Assembly: GCA_032128875.1 (NCBI GenBank)
Contig: JAVLKG010000004.1
Coordinates: forward strand, 512,001-576,000
Length of the DNA: 64,000 nt
Reading direction: 5' to 3'
From: Candidatus Melainabacteria bacterium 17Bon1m
GTDB lineage: Bacteria > Cyanobacteriota > Vampirovibrionia > Obscuribacterales > Obscuribacteraceae
Part shown: positions 19,123 to 29,355 of the stretch, piece by piece
How the letters are laid out: each line of letters opens with the position of its first letter
How positions within the stretch are numbered: the first letter of the stretch is position 1
Notes under the pieces: model-generated
Database searches by the model: none
Told to the model about the DNA's origin: nothing
What the model saw: the letters and a program-made list of their open reading frames with translations, nothing else
Position numbers and translations under genes: made by a program

Positions 19123-19569
19123 ATGGCGGCAGCCAAAGGCGAAAAGACAGCAAAACCGGTCAAACCCAAAAAGTTGGTGAAATCATCTGAGAGCCGCGAT
19201 CCGGCAATTCGCGTCATACTGCTGCCTCGCGACACCAATAAACACGGCACTATTTTCGGCGGCGTAATTCTCAGCTACATCGACTTGGCGGGGGCTGCTG
19301 CGGTAAGTAGAGTGACAGCTCAGCGCATTGTCACAGTAGCCATCAAAGAAGTTGTTTTTCACGCACCTGTTCTTGTTGGAGAAGCGGTCAGCTTCTATAC
19401 CGAGGTCACTCGCATCGGCAAAACGTCGGTGAGCGTACATGTGGACGTTGAGTCAATGAGAGGCGACAAGAGAGTAGCCGTGACCGAAGCGGATATTACA
19501 TTTGTTTGTGTGGATAAGGACGGAAAGCCTATCCCTGTGGAAAAGATCAAGCATAACGGTCGAAAATAG
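19123..19569 (+). CDS. Acyl-CoA thioesterase (hotdog fold, YciA-like)
   Basis: LPRDTNKHGTIFGGVILSYIDLAG, VTVAI..VVFHAPVLVGE, RIGKTSVSV, FVCVD..GKP. Confidence 0.92.
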   Translation: MAAAKGEKTAKPVKPKKLVKSSESRDPAIRVILLPRDTNKHGTIFGGVILSYIDLAGAAAVSRVTAQRIVTVAIKEVVFHAPVLVGEAVSFYTEVTRIGKTSVSVHVDVESMRGDKRVAVTEADITFVCVDKDGKPIPVEKIKHNGRK

Positions 19570-19627
19570 GGCTGGAAATTCACAGTTCAAATCGCTTAGT
19601 CCGGCTATCATATGCACTGTTTCACCT

Positions 19628-20239
19628 ATGCCGGACCGGACTATGATGACAACCGAAGCAGACGCACAAGCAAAAGCAGTACAAGAAAGAATCAGGCTTT
19701 ACTTGGGCACGGGCTGTGGAAAGACGACAGCTACATTTGGTGTGATGTTGAGAGCGCTGAGCAAGGGGAAAAATGTAACGCTCGCCTTCTTTGACAAACT
19801 TGAGGAGAACTCGAGCGAAGGTGAGGCTTTGAGAGTCTTGTCAAATGTTCAGACTCCCGGCTTCGGCAAATTAAGAGTGAACTATTCCGGTGTAAATCGC
19901 ATCGGTGCTGGTCCTAAAGGCAGCTTTCGCCTTTATAGCTCGCCAAACGGAATTCTTCCGGAAGACAAAGAAGAAGCCCTCTCCGGCTTGAATTTTGTTG
20001 CCGAAGCTCTTAAGCGCGGCGACGACATTGTCATAGGTGACGAAATTCTCGATGTCGCTCGCGTCGGGCTGGTTGAATGGGATGCTGTCAAAGCTGCCTT
20101 TGAACACAGAAAAGATCCAACCGTATTGATTCTGACTGGGCGTCGAGCTCCTGACTGGCTCATGGAGCAAGCCACTACAATTTCAACCACGACACAGTTG
20201 CGCCATCATGGCAAAGCCATCGAAGGGATGGACTGCTAA
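19628..20239 (+). CDS. Cob(I)yrinate a,c-diamide adenosyltransferase family (CobA/BtuR/CobO)
   Basis: P-loop YLGTGCGKTTATFG..LRAL, DIVIGDEI, LILTGRRAP. Start is ATG 19628 or a nearby Met. Confidence 0.8.
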   Translation: MPDRTMMTTEADAQAKAVQERIRLYLGTGCGKTTATFGVMLRALSKGKNVTLAFFDKLEENSSEGEALRVLSNVQTPGFGKLRVNYSGVNRIGAGPKGSFRLYSSPNGILPEDKEEALSGLNFVAEALKRGDDIVIGDEILDVARVGLVEWDAVKAAFEHRKDPTVLILTGRRAPDWLMEQATTISTTTQLRHHGKAIEGMDC

Positions 20240-20272
20240 ATATCGGAGCACTGACCGAGACTCAGTTGCAGC

Positions 20273-21664
20273 TTAGCGCTTCTTGAGCGAAACAGTTTTG
20301 TGATTAGGCTGTGTGCTTACTTCTTTCTTCAACACTTCCATTGCTTTGGCGAGTTGAACGTCCTTACCATCCGTGGGCGAGCGCTTGAAGTTTGAATAGG
20401 TGACATCGATCCACCATGGACCGCGGCCTTTGGTGTAGTCATCATCTTTCAGCACTACTTCACAGTCTTTGTCAGGACTGATGCCTTGCTTGTGAATATC
20501 AACATCGTTTGGAGTCAAATAACGAGCAATAGTCACATTGATACCGGAGCCATCATCAAGCTTGTTAATCGACTGCACAAGACCCTTTCCGAAGGTCTTC
20601 TGACCGACTAGTTTGGCGCGCTCATTGTCATGCAGAGCACCCGAAAGAATTTCAGATGCAGAGGCGCTGCCCTGGTTGATCAATACAACAATAGGCTGCT
20701 TGGTGACCGGGCTGTTTTGAGCCTCTGTCTTTGCCTTGTAGCCTTCGCTGTCGATGGTACTGACAATGGTGCCATGGTCAAGGAACATATTGGCTATGTC
20801 GATGGCATTAGAGAGCAGCCCACCAGGGTTGTTTCTCAAATCGATGATGAGACCTTCAGTGTTGCTCAATTTCTTGAGAGCTTGCCTCATCTCAGTGTTT
20901 GCTTTCTGTGAAATAAAGCTGTCAAGGCGGATATATCCGAGATTGCCCGGCAGCACTTCACAGCTGGCTACAGCTTTGATTGGGATTTCGGCTCGTTTGA
21001 GCGAGACTTTGCGCTTGTCTTCGTGCTTGTCCGACTTGCGCAAAAAAGTGATGCTCACAATTGAATTGATTTCGCCGCGAATCTGTTTTACGACCTGATC
21101 GAGCGACTGCCCTTTTACCGGCTTCGCATCTACTTCAAGAATCTCGTCACCAGGATGCACGCCGGCATTGAAAGCCGGAGTACCTTCGATTGGGGCGATA
21201 ACAACAACCTTGTGCTCTTTGTTCATGCCGAGCTGCATGCCGACGCCGAACAAGTGAGCCTCAATTTGGGATTTCTCTTCATCGAAAGAATCGCGATCGA
21301 GAAAACGTGTGTAAGGGTCAGCCAAGCTGGCGAGCATTGTCTCGATAGCTTTGTGAGCATCTTCGGAAGTTTTCAGCTTGCCGTCGTAATGATGCTCCCA
21401 GCGATTCCAGTCTTGTGTATTGAAACCTTGTTCGTAAAAATTGTCTTTGAGCAATTTCCACGCCTTTGCATAGAGAACTTGAGGCGGAATATTGCGGTTG
21501 ATTTCACTGAGCGCCGGCGAAGCTTTGAGCTCCGACGTGTCAGCGACCAAGATTTGAGGGGGTTGCGTTTTGCTGCCGCCAGTCAAAAGCCAGCACTGGA
21601 CAGCGAAAAATAGCAAACACAAAACCAAAGGAATGCCGATTCGGGCTACTCTTCTCTGTTCCAC
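20273..21664 (-). CDS. ctpA: S41 carboxyl-terminal processing protease with PDZ domain
   Basis: LADPYTRFL, GVGMQL, PIEGTPA, GYIRLDSF, IDLRNNPGGLL, GSASASEILSGAL, TFGKGLVQ; N-terminal TM anchor. Confidence 0.92.
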   Translation of the reverse strand: MEQRRVARIGIPLVLCLLFFAVQCWLLTGGSKTQPPQILVADTSELKASPALSEINRNIPPQVLYAKAWKLLKDNFYEQGFNTQDWNRWEHHYDGKLKTSEDAHKAIETMLASLADPYTRFLDRDSFDEEKSQIEAHLFGVGMQLGMNKEHKVVVIAPIEGTPAFNAGVHPGDEILEVDAKPVKGQSLDQVVKQIRGEINSIVSITFLRKSDKHEDKRKVSLKRAEIPIKAVASCEVLPGNLGYIRLDSFISQKANTEMRQALKKLSNTEGLIIDLRNNPGGLLSNAIDIANMFLDHGTIVSTIDSEGYKAKTEAQNSPVTKQPIVVLINQGSASASEILSGALHDNERAKLVGQKTFGKGLVQSINKLDDGSGINVTIARYLTPNDVDIHKQGISPDKDCEVVLKDDDYTKGRGPWWIDVTYSNFKRSPTDGKDVQLAKAMEVLKKEVSTQPNHKTVSLKKR

Positions 21665-22018
21665 TGACGCAGTTTCCCCTGTAAGACTTCTACTATTGAT
21701 ATTAGATCATGGCGGGTGAACCCGCAAAAGCTCTGTGAATTAAAGCAAATCCCTGTCCTGCACGTTTTGGACTTGTTTTTTCTATTGGGCGCCGAATGAG
21801 CCTATAGACTCATTCAATCAGAGAAGGTTTCTCCCGGCTCTTTTCAACAAAGTAGCCAACTGGCGCCCTCTATGACATTTTAACAAAATCTTATTTTAGC
21901 CCTCGCCTTGCCAACAGTCGATAGCTTTTTACCCAAAATAACGCGAGACCAAGTCTAAGTTAACTCTTTGGGGTTTAACTCTCAGTCTTTATTGACCTAA
22001 CATAGCTCCTGCTTTCGA

Positions 22019-23215
22019 GTGAATTTTCTGGTAGTCAACAGGACAAGCGCCTCCCAAATGGTCTCGCCCGCGTATGCTGAAAGGGTTGAAACAACACCCA
22101 GTGATGAGTCACATGTACTGTCGCCCCCTATGCAAGTGATAGAAAAGAGCAAATCGGCATCCGACGTGGACAGCACGCAGTTGAAATCCTTACCAATCAT
22201 CGGCGGTTTGGCTAATTTAGCCAAAAAGATTCAGTTGTCCGAGCAAGATAAGCTCAAGCTGAAACTCTCATTCAGCGCTTTGATGTTCGCCAGCCTCTTT
22301 ATTTTTGGCAAAGTCGACTTATCTAAGAGCTGGGAGGTCGCGCTTCAATCCAATGGCTGGTATCTAGGTACTGCTGTACTGCTTTTCCTTGGTTCAGTGC
22401 TGATCAATGCCAAACGCTGGCAATTGCTTGCTGATGCAGTAGGGCTCCACAAGCCCTTTATGGCACTTTTGCAGTACTGCTATGTGGGACTCTTTTTCAA
22501 TCTCTTTTTGCCTTCAACAGTTGGCGGCGACTTCTCTCGCGGCTATTACCTTTCTAAAGGAACCGGAAAGTACAAGAGCGCTTTCTATTCAGTGCTTGCC
22601 GATAGAACAGTCGGCATTGCGGTTCTCTTCCTATTTGCTACAGCAGGAATTCTTGCCGGTCCGGCCGGACACTTGCCTTGGAAGCTGAAGCTGCCAATTT
22701 TGCTTGGTACTGCCGGGATATTTCTTGTTTTGCCCTTCGCCCCCAAGCTCTGCCATATGCTCCTTGGACCGGACAACAAGATAACTAAGCGGTTCGAAAA
22801 TTCCGCAGCAAAAGTATATTGGCATGACCGAAAGCTCGTTCTTTCAGCGCTTTTCTTATCTGTTGTGCTGCAACTGGTCATTGTTCTTTGCCACTTAACC
22901 ATTGGACTGGCACTGGGTCTCACCCAGATTCCAATCTGGTACTACTTCGTTTTCTATCCATGCGTTGCCGTGCTTGGATTTGTCACCCCCAGCTTTAACG
23001 GCATCGGCATTCGAGAATGGGCATACACCTACTTCCTCACTTTCATCGGCGTCGATAACTCGCATGCGCTGACATATGCGATGATGTGGCTGGCTCTGAC
23101 CACTCTCAGCAGCTTGGTTGGCGGTGTCGTTTACTTCGCAGGACACCTGCAAATTTCCAAAGAAGAAAGAGAAGAGTTCGAGCACGTTCAACAAGAGGAA
23201 GCCGAAACGGCTTAG
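22019..23215 (+). CDS. Lysylphosphatidylglycerol synthase TM-region / flippase-like membrane protein (UPF0104)
   Basis: RWQLL, VGLFFNLFLPSTVGGDFSR, SVLADR, PSFNGIGIRE; multiple TMs. True start may be ATG 22058 or later. Confidence 0.85.
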   Translation: MNFLVVNRTSASQMVSPAYAERVETTPSDESHVLSPPMQVIEKSKSASDVDSTQLKSLPIIGGLANLAKKIQLSEQDKLKLKLSFSALMFASLFIFGKVDLSKSWEVALQSNGWYLGTAVLLFLGSVLINAKRWQLLADAVGLHKPFMALLQYCYVGLFFNLFLPSTVGGDFSRGYYLSKGTGKYKSAFYSVLADRTVGIAVLFLFATAGILAGPAGHLPWKLKLPILLGTAGIFLVLPFAPKLCHMLLGPDNKITKRFENSAAKVYWHDRKLVLSALFLSVVLQLVIVLCHLTIGLALGLTQIPIWYYFVFYPCVAVLGFVTPSFNGIGIREWAYTYFLTFIGVDNSHALTYAMMWLALTTLSSLVGGVVYFAGHLQISKEEREEFEHVQQEEAETA

Positions 23216-23248
23216 CCTCGCAGTCCCTCGTCTCTTTGAGTAAACGTC

Positions 23249-24730
23249 ATGAGAAGCAAGGTCGAGTTCGCTCGCGGCTGTCATCCTTCGGAGAATCCGC
23301 TTGTCAAGCAGGTTCTTGCTCACGCTCGAGAATGCTCTGTCTCTACTTATATAGTTGGCGGTTATGTCAGAGACAGCATCGTCGCCCCTGACAACCGGGG
23401 CGTTTCTCAAAAAGAGCGAGTCGAATCAACCAGGAAGCGTGACCTTGATTTTGCCGTGGCCGGCGGTACTGCTTTTGAATTTGCACAGGTCATCTCAGTC
23501 GAAATGGATGGGCATTTTGTCCCGCTTGATGAAGAAAATGACACTGCCCGTGTTGTTTTTGATGATGGCAGTATTCTTGATTTTGCCGGCTGTGTCGGCG
23601 GCAATATCGAGAAAGACCTTGCTAGGCGAGACTTTACGGTGAATGCGTTAGCCTGGGACAGTGAGTATCCGGATCAAGTTCTCGATCTTGCCGATGGGCT
23701 GAAAGACTTGGCGAGCAAGACGATTCGGGCTGTTTCAAGACAGACTTTTGTCGAAGATCCTTTGAGGGTGCTGCGAACATTCCGCTTTGCTCATCAGCTT
23801 CAGGCCGAGATAGAACCCACTACTCTTGGTTGGGTCAAGGAACTGGTCAAAGGACTTAACTCGGTAGCTCCCGAGCGCATAAATTTTGAATTGTTCGAAG
23901 CCCTGTCTGGGCCGACGGCTGGGCATCTGACTGACCAGTTGGCGGAATGCGGTGTTCTAGAGGTTATCTTTCCCGAACTCGTCGATTGCAGGCGCGTGAC
24001 GCCCAACTCCTATCATCATTTAGGCCTTTTCGAGCACAGCATAATGACGGTTACGGAACTGGATAAACGGTTGCCGTCCCTGCCCGATTGGCTGCATGAA
24101 AGCGCGAAGCGCGAACTTTCTTCCGGCGTAAGCAGACTCTCTGCCACACGCCTGGCGTGCATTTTGCACGACATAGGCAAACCCGGTACCTGGGAAGTGA
24201 CGCCGGAAGGCAAACACACATTTGTGGCGCATGACAAACTGGGAGCCGAAATGACCGCATTGATCGCGGCACGTATGCGTTGGTCTAGACCGATTGAGAG
24301 GTTGATCACGCGTCTGGTCGAGCTTCATCTGCGTCCAGGGCAGCTCTTTCATCAAGGAACGCCCACTGCTAAAGCCCTAAACCGCTTTTACAGGACAGTG
24401 GCAGAAGATGTGCCGGAGCTGATGATGGTTGCGTTTGCAGACTTAGGTGCCACCCGTGGGGCTGGGCTGTGTGGCGACAATCGGGAGAATCTGGAAAAGG
24501 GTCTGGATTCGCTGATGCACGGCTATCAGGTATTTCTGCAAGAGGTGGTCACCCTCAAGCCTCTCATTGGCGGTCATGACATCATGCGCCTTTTGAACCT
24601 CAACTCGGGGCCTGTAGTGGGCGAACTTTTGAAAGCGCTCGAAGAAGCCAGAGATCTGAAGGAAGTCGTGGATCGCGCACAGGCTGAGGCTTTTGTGAAA
24701 GAACTGTACACACAGAAGTATTCCAAATAA
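23249..24730 (+). CDS. Class II tRNA nucleotidyltransferase with HD domain (likely CC-adding type)
   Basis: VGGYVRD, DLDF, DLARRDFTVNALA, EDPLRVLRTFRF, ERI, HD motif LHDIGKP, and a GPVVGELL tail. Confidence 0.9.
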   Translation: MRSKVEFARGCHPSENPLVKQVLAHARECSVSTYIVGGYVRDSIVAPDNRGVSQKERVESTRKRDLDFAVAGGTAFEFAQVISVEMDGHFVPLDEENDTARVVFDDGSILDFAGCVGGNIEKDLARRDFTVNALAWDSEYPDQVLDLADGLKDLASKTIRAVSRQTFVEDPLRVLRTFRFAHQLQAEIEPTTLGWVKELVKGLNSVAPERINFELFEALSGPTAGHLTDQLAECGVLEVIFPELVDCRRVTPNSYHHLGLFEHSIMTVTELDKRLPSLPDWLHESAKRELSSGVSRLSATRLACILHDIGKPGTWEVTPEGKHTFVAHDKLGAEMTALIAARMRWSRPIERLITRLVELHLRPGQLFHQGTPTAKALNRFYRTVAEDVPELMMVAFADLGATRGAGLCGDNRENLEKGLDSLMHGYQVFLQEVVTLKPLIGGHDIMRLLNLNSGPVVGELLKALEEARDLKEVVDRAQAEAFVKELYTQKYSK

Positions 24731-24908
24731 CCTTTTTAGGCTTGGCAACTATTAAGTGGTGTTAAACAAAAAATTTCCGGGCATAAGATTCTCGGTGAGA
24801 CAGAACCGACTTTTGGTTCTTGAAGCCAGTAACTATAGCGGTTTCCAAGGGTTGGGCAGTAAAGAGCTTGACCAGCGAACAAACGCATACCGCGGGTCGG
24901 AAGCACAC

Positions 24909-25181
24909 ATGCAGGTGACAGTAATGAATACCAGGGCAGATAAACTCCGGAACTACACAATCATCGCCAGACTGGACGATGCCATTCCGCTGAATACCGA
25001 AGAATGGGTTACTGTTGAGCGCTTGCTTAATCAAATCAGCGAATTTGTTCCGATCTCAATGCTGAACAACGTGACCGAAGCGATCATCTCCTATGCCGAT
25101 GATCAAGCAAGAAGAGGTTATTTGCTGGGTCAAGAAGACCTGGTCAAAGAGCTCAAGAATAAGGCACAGCGCATAGCCTAA
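24909..25181 (+). CDS. Small helical protein of unknown function (90 aa), paralogue of 53496..53771
   Basis: ATG 24909 gives a length matching the paralogue; 33/66 ungapped identities by hand alignment. Confidence 0.85.
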   Translation: MQVTVMNTRADKLRNYTIIARLDDAIPLNTEEWVTVERLLNQISEFVPISMLNNVTEAIISYADDQARRGYLLGQEDLVKELKNKAQRIA

Positions 25182-25254
25182 GTGTTATGAGATTGGTAGT
25201 GTTGGCGCTTCGCGACAGCGGCAGTCAGTCTTAGCCAATCGAAAATGCATCACT

Positions 25255-25287
25255 AAACGCCACGAAGTCGAAAGTTTCGTGGCGTTT
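25255..25287. terminator. Terminator-like hairpin between convergent genes
   Basis: 12-bp stem aaacgccacgaa/ttcgtggcgttt, with A-rich and T-rich flanks. Confidence 0.7.
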
Positions 25288-25405
25288 GCATTTCAACACT
25301 ATCTTTCCGCGCTCACATTTTCTCGCTGAAGCCGGCAATTGGAATTACCACCACCACTGGTGCCAATCAAAAGTACTTGCTTGTAGAACATGAGTGACAG
25401 GCTGA

Positions 25406-26695
25406 CTAGCGAACGTAGCTAAGCGGATTGTTCGGCTTTCCATTGACACGCACTTCGAAGTGTAAGTGCGGCCCCGTGGAAAAACCTGTTGTGCCTTCAT
25501 ATCCGATAACGTCGCCTTTAGACACGTTCTCTCCCACCGATACTGCAGCACGCGACAAGTGAGCGTACAGCGTCGCCATATCGTTGCCGTGGGTGTTGCC
25601 ATGCCCGATGATTACGACTTTTCCGTAACCGCCATACCAACCGGTGAAGAGAACACTGCCCGAGTCAGCTGCACGGATTGCGCAGCGATTTGGACCAGCC
25701 AAATCGATACCTGTGTGGAACTTGCGCACTCGGAAAATCGGATGACTGCGCCACCCGAAAGGCGAGGTTATGTGTGCCTTGAGTGGCATCGCCATGCTGC
25801 CGGAACCCTGTTGGGCAGGCTTGTTAGAGCTTCTAGCCGCTCTCTGCATCGCCATGATTTGTGATTCCAAACGATGTGACTCGTTGGAAAGTTGTTGCTC
25901 GGCCTTTTCGTAAAAGTCGCGCTGTTTCTTCAGCTTACTTGCCACTTGCTCTTGCTCGAAGCGAGCCTTGGCAATCTCCAATGCTTTCTTTGCAAACTCA
26001 CTCACCAGCGAGCCGATCTTGTCTTTCTCGTCTGCCAGAGCGCCCTTGCGTGAATTAAGCGCGGCTGATTTCGCGCGCAATTCGTTCAGGAGTTTTTTAT
26101 CTTCTTCGGCAATGCGCTCTTGAAAGTACATGTTGTCCAGAAAGGCTTGTAGTGAGTCAATTTGAAAAAGCATTTCCAAAAAGCTCAGTCTTTGCCCTTC
26201 ATAAATTTCGCGCAGTCGTTTCGCTGCGCCCACAGAGAGCTGCTCTTCTTTTGTCTGTGTGACATTCAATACTTGAACTGTTTCATTCAGCTTATTTTCC
26301 GTACGCTTTAGCTGATGCTTAGTATCGACCAGCTGACCGGTCGCGCTGTTCAATTTCTTAGTGATACTCGACAACTTCATCATCGCCAGTTGTTCTTTCT
26401 TGCGAGCTTGAGCAACTTGCTCGTGAAGTTCGGCGCGCTTCTTTTCGATTTGGAGAAGTCTTTCTTTTGTCTTTGCAGATACATTAGGATTTTCAAGCAG
26501 CTGTCTATTTGCTGCATGAATTGTTGTCGGCGAACAAAGTGCCAGCGCCATAGAGGCAGCCAGTCCTATTGCACCAATCGCGCGAAAACGAGCTGCGCGC
26601 GACTTTTCCTTGCGTGCAACCGGGGCGGTTCGTTTTTCAAAGCCGTTAGCTGTTATCGGCATCCTAAAAGGGTCTTCCTTTCTATTACTGAACAC
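25406..26695 (-). CDS. M23-family peptidase with long coiled coil (EnvC/PcsB-like architecture)
   Basis: Signal/TM segment, coiled coil, then ITSPFGWR.HPI, HTGIDL, TLYAHL, GFSTGPHLHFEVR with Zn ligands intact. Start may be ATG at MPITANG. Confidence 0.92.
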   Translation of the reverse strand: MFSNRKEDPFRMPITANGFEKRTAPVARKEKSRAARFRAIGAIGLAASMALALCSPTTIHAANRQLLENPNVSAKTKERLLQIEKKRAELHEQVAQARKKEQLAMMKLSSITKKLNSATGQLVDTKHQLKRTENKLNETVQVLNVTQTKEEQLSVGAAKRLREIYEGQRLSFLEMLFQIDSLQAFLDNMYFQERIAEEDKKLLNELRAKSAALNSRKGALADEKDKIGSLVSEFAKKALEIAKARFEQEQVASKLKKQRDFYEKAEQQLSNESHRLESQIMAMQRAARSSNKPAQQGSGSMAMPLKAHITSPFGWRSHPIFRVRKFHTGIDLAGPNRCAIRAADSGSVLFTGWYGGYGKVVIIGHGNTHGNDMATLYAHLSRAAVSVGENVSKGDVIGYEGTTGFSTGPHLHFEVRVNGKPNNPLSYVR

Positions 26696-27112
26696 GTCTT
26701 CTGTGCTTTGCAGAGTTTAAGTAGTCAAGAGGGTGACTGCTTGTCAGTAAGGGGTAGGCATGAGTTTACCATTGCCAAGCTGGAAGATTCCTACTCTTAC
26801 AAGGGCTTAAGTCCAGCTGTTTCATTGGTTTCACTAAATTTGCAGCCTTTTATTTCAGACACTCAGTCTAACCTGCCATCTGAGCGCTCGCCACAGACGT
26901 TTTTAAGGCTGTGGAACGAAATAAAGATGGCTATCTATGCGTATCTTAACGATAAGGGCACGATATAATTTTCACCGGTCTGAAGCCGGACAAGCTGGCG
27001 AAGAGTTGCTATTTCAGGCAATCGGAGCTTGTAATTTGGATTTATAGTTTTTCATTTTTGAATGTAACTGGTTTCTCATCTCCCAAAACTACAGTCAAAC
27101 AAGGTCAATCAA

Positions 27113-28555
27113 ATGTTGAAAGAAGTAGTGAAATATCCGCTGGCTATACGCGGAGTCGAGTCAAAGGAATTCAACGAAGTCAAAAGCCCCTTCAATGGGG
27201 AAGTTGTTGCTGCTATAGGGCAGGCTGATGAAAAGGCAATCGACGCAGCGCTCAGCGTAGCTGAGGACGTTTTTAAAAACGTAATGAGGCAAATGCCGGC
27301 TCACCAGCGCTCCGAAATTCTCCACAAGACCTCAAAACTGCTTCTCGAGCATAAAGAAGATATGGCGCGCACAATCGCGCTGGAAGGTGGAAAACCTATT
27401 AAGGATGCGCGTATTGAAGTTGCCCGCGCTGCAAATACTTTTTTGCTTGCCAGTCATGAAGCAATGCGCTTGGACGGCGAACAAATTCCTATGGACGTGA
27501 CTGCAGGCAATGAAAATCGAATTGGTATGGTGCTGCGTGAACCGCTCGGTATCATCGGCGGTATTACACCATTCAACTTCCCTCTTAATCTTGTTGCACA
27601 CAAAGTTGCGCCGGCAATTGCGGCCGGTAACTGCATAGTTCTAAAACCGTCGTCACAGACGCCGATCGCCTCCATTAAGCTGGGCGCGATCTTGAAGGAA
27701 GCTGGTTTGCCTGATGGTGTTTTGCAAATCATTCCTTGCCGCGGTTCAAAAGGCAACGCATTGGTGAAAGACCCGCGTCTTGCAGTTCTGACATTCACAG
27801 GCAGTCCGGAAATCGGCTGGCAGATGCGCCGCGACGCACATGCTGGGACAAGATTGGTTTTGGAATTGGGCGGTAACGCGGGCGTCATCGTACATGAAGA
27901 CGCAGACCTGGAATTGGCTGCCCGAGGCGCTGTACGCGGCGGATATGCACATGCCGGTCAAACTTGCATCTCGGTCCAACGCGTTTACGTTCACAAGAAC
28001 GTCTACAAAAAGTTCGTGGACAAATTTGTCGAATTGGTAAAAACGCTGAAAGTAGGCGATCCGCTTGATGATTCTACGGATGTCGGTCCTCTTATCGATG
28101 ACGGCGCAGTCGAAAAAACACTCGACTGGGTGGACAAAGCAGTCAAGTCTGGAGCGAAAGTTCTCTCAGGCGGCAAAGTGATAAACAATCACCTGGTCGA
28201 ACCGGTTGTACTTTCCGATACCAAAGCAGACATGCTCGTCGTCTGTCAGGAAGTCTTCGGACCGGTAGTTTCGATCATGCAATATGAAACAATCGATGAA
28301 GCGATCGCCAGGATGAATGACGGTCGCTTCGGGCTGCAAGCCGGTGTATTCACCAGTAACATCGACGTTGCATTCAAGGCTGCGCGCTCTATCGATGTCG
28401 GTGGTGTGATGGTCAACGATGCACCCACTTTCCGCTCCGATCACATGCCATACGGTGGCAGAAAAGAATCCGGACTCGGATTGGAAGGTGTTCGCTACGC
28501 CGTGCACGAGATGACACAGCCGAAATTCGTCTGTCTGAATCTCAATATAAAGTAA
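27113..28555 (+). CDS. NAD(P)-dependent aldehyde dehydrogenase
   Basis: ITPFNFPLNL, KPSSQTP, FTGS, LELGGN, AGQTCIS (catalytic Cys), EVFGPV, PYGGRKESGLG. Confidence 0.96.
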   Translation: MLKEVVKYPLAIRGVESKEFNEVKSPFNGEVVAAIGQADEKAIDAALSVAEDVFKNVMRQMPAHQRSEILHKTSKLLLEHKEDMARTIALEGGKPIKDARIEVARAANTFLLASHEAMRLDGEQIPMDVTAGNENRIGMVLREPLGIIGGITPFNFPLNLVAHKVAPAIAAGNCIVLKPSSQTPIASIKLGAILKEAGLPDGVLQIIPCRGSKGNALVKDPRLAVLTFTGSPEIGWQMRRDAHAGTRLVLELGGNAGVIVHEDADLELAARGAVRGGYAHAGQTCISVQRVYVHKNVYKKFVDKFVELVKTLKVGDPLDDSTDVGPLIDDGAVEKTLDWVDKAVKSGAKVLSGGKVINNHLVEPVVLSDTKADMLVVCQEVFGPVVSIMQYETIDEAIARMNDGRFGLQAGVFTSNIDVAFKAARSIDVGGVMVNDAPTFRSDHMPYGGRKESGLGLEGVRYAVHEMTQPKFVCLNLNIK

Positions 28556-28587
28556 GGGTACGCAAGCAAGAATAAGAGGATATCGAT

Positions 28588-29337
28588 ATGGTCGACGCCG
28601 CATCCGGCAGCCGTGGTGAATGGCAGGCTGTCAAACAAGTTGCCGGCGAACTAATCGTCTCCTGTCAGGCGAGCACGGGCGAACCGCTCTGCTCGCCTGA
28701 GCATATTCTTGCTCTTGCGCTCTCTGCCATCAATGGCGGTGCCGGTGCTTTAAGACTCGAAGGCGTAGAAAATATAAAACTAGTTCGAGCTAATACAAAA
28801 TTGCCGATAGTTGGACTTACCAAAGATGACACTATTCCACCAGGCGACCGACTGAAGAAGGTCTATATAACAGGTTCTTATGCTGACGCCGAATCTCTTG
28901 CGCAGGCAGGTGCCGATATCATTGCCCTGGATGCAACGGGCCGTCCACGTCCTGATGGTTTGACGTTGAAGGAGCAAATTGCAAAGATTCACGAGCAGCT
29001 AAAGCTACCAGTATGGGCGGATATTTCCACATTCTCTGAAGGTGTCGCGGCTCGAGAAGCCGGTGCGGATGTCATCTCTTCCACTATGTATGGATATACT
29101 GAAGAAACCGTTTTGCCGCCCGAACACGGTCCGAGTTTCGAACTTTTAAAGGATTTATGCCAACATTTGGATTGCCCAGTCATTCTCGAAGGTCGAGTCT
29201 GGCATCCTGAAGAAGTTGCACGTGCTTTTGAAGTTGGGGTGCATGCAGTCGTGGTCGGCTCAGCCATCACACGCCCGCAGTTGATCACTCAAAGATTCGT
29301 CAAAGCAATACCGGCTCGTAAAGCTAATCGCCACTAG
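28588..29337 (+). CDS. nanE: N-acetylmannosamine-6-phosphate 2-epimerase
   Basis: LIVSCQA, GGAGALR, LPIVGLTK, GADIIALDAT.RPRP, STMYGYT, PVILEGR, VVVGSAITRP. Confidence 0.93.
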   Translation: MVDAASGSRGEWQAVKQVAGELIVSCQASTGEPLCSPEHILALALSAINGGAGALRLEGVENIKLVRANTKLPIVGLTKDDTIPPGDRLKKVYITGSYADAESLAQAGADIIALDATGRPRPDGLTLKEQIAKIHEQLKLPVWADISTFSEGVAAREAGADVISSTMYGYTEETVLPPEHGPSFELLKDLCQHLDCPVILEGRVWHPEEVARAFEVGVHAVVVGSAITRPQLITQRFVKAIPARKANRH

Positions 29338-29355
29338 CAACTTAGGTCCCATTTA

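Noticed and set aside
24756-24908. 51-codon N-terminal extension of the small paralogue from GTG 24756
   Set aside because: The paralogue at 53496 matches only the part from ATG 24909; the extension is better read as a 5' regulatory region.
26315-26968. 217-aa plus-strand ORF
   Set aside because: More than half is antisense to the M23 peptidase gene and the composition is not protein-like.
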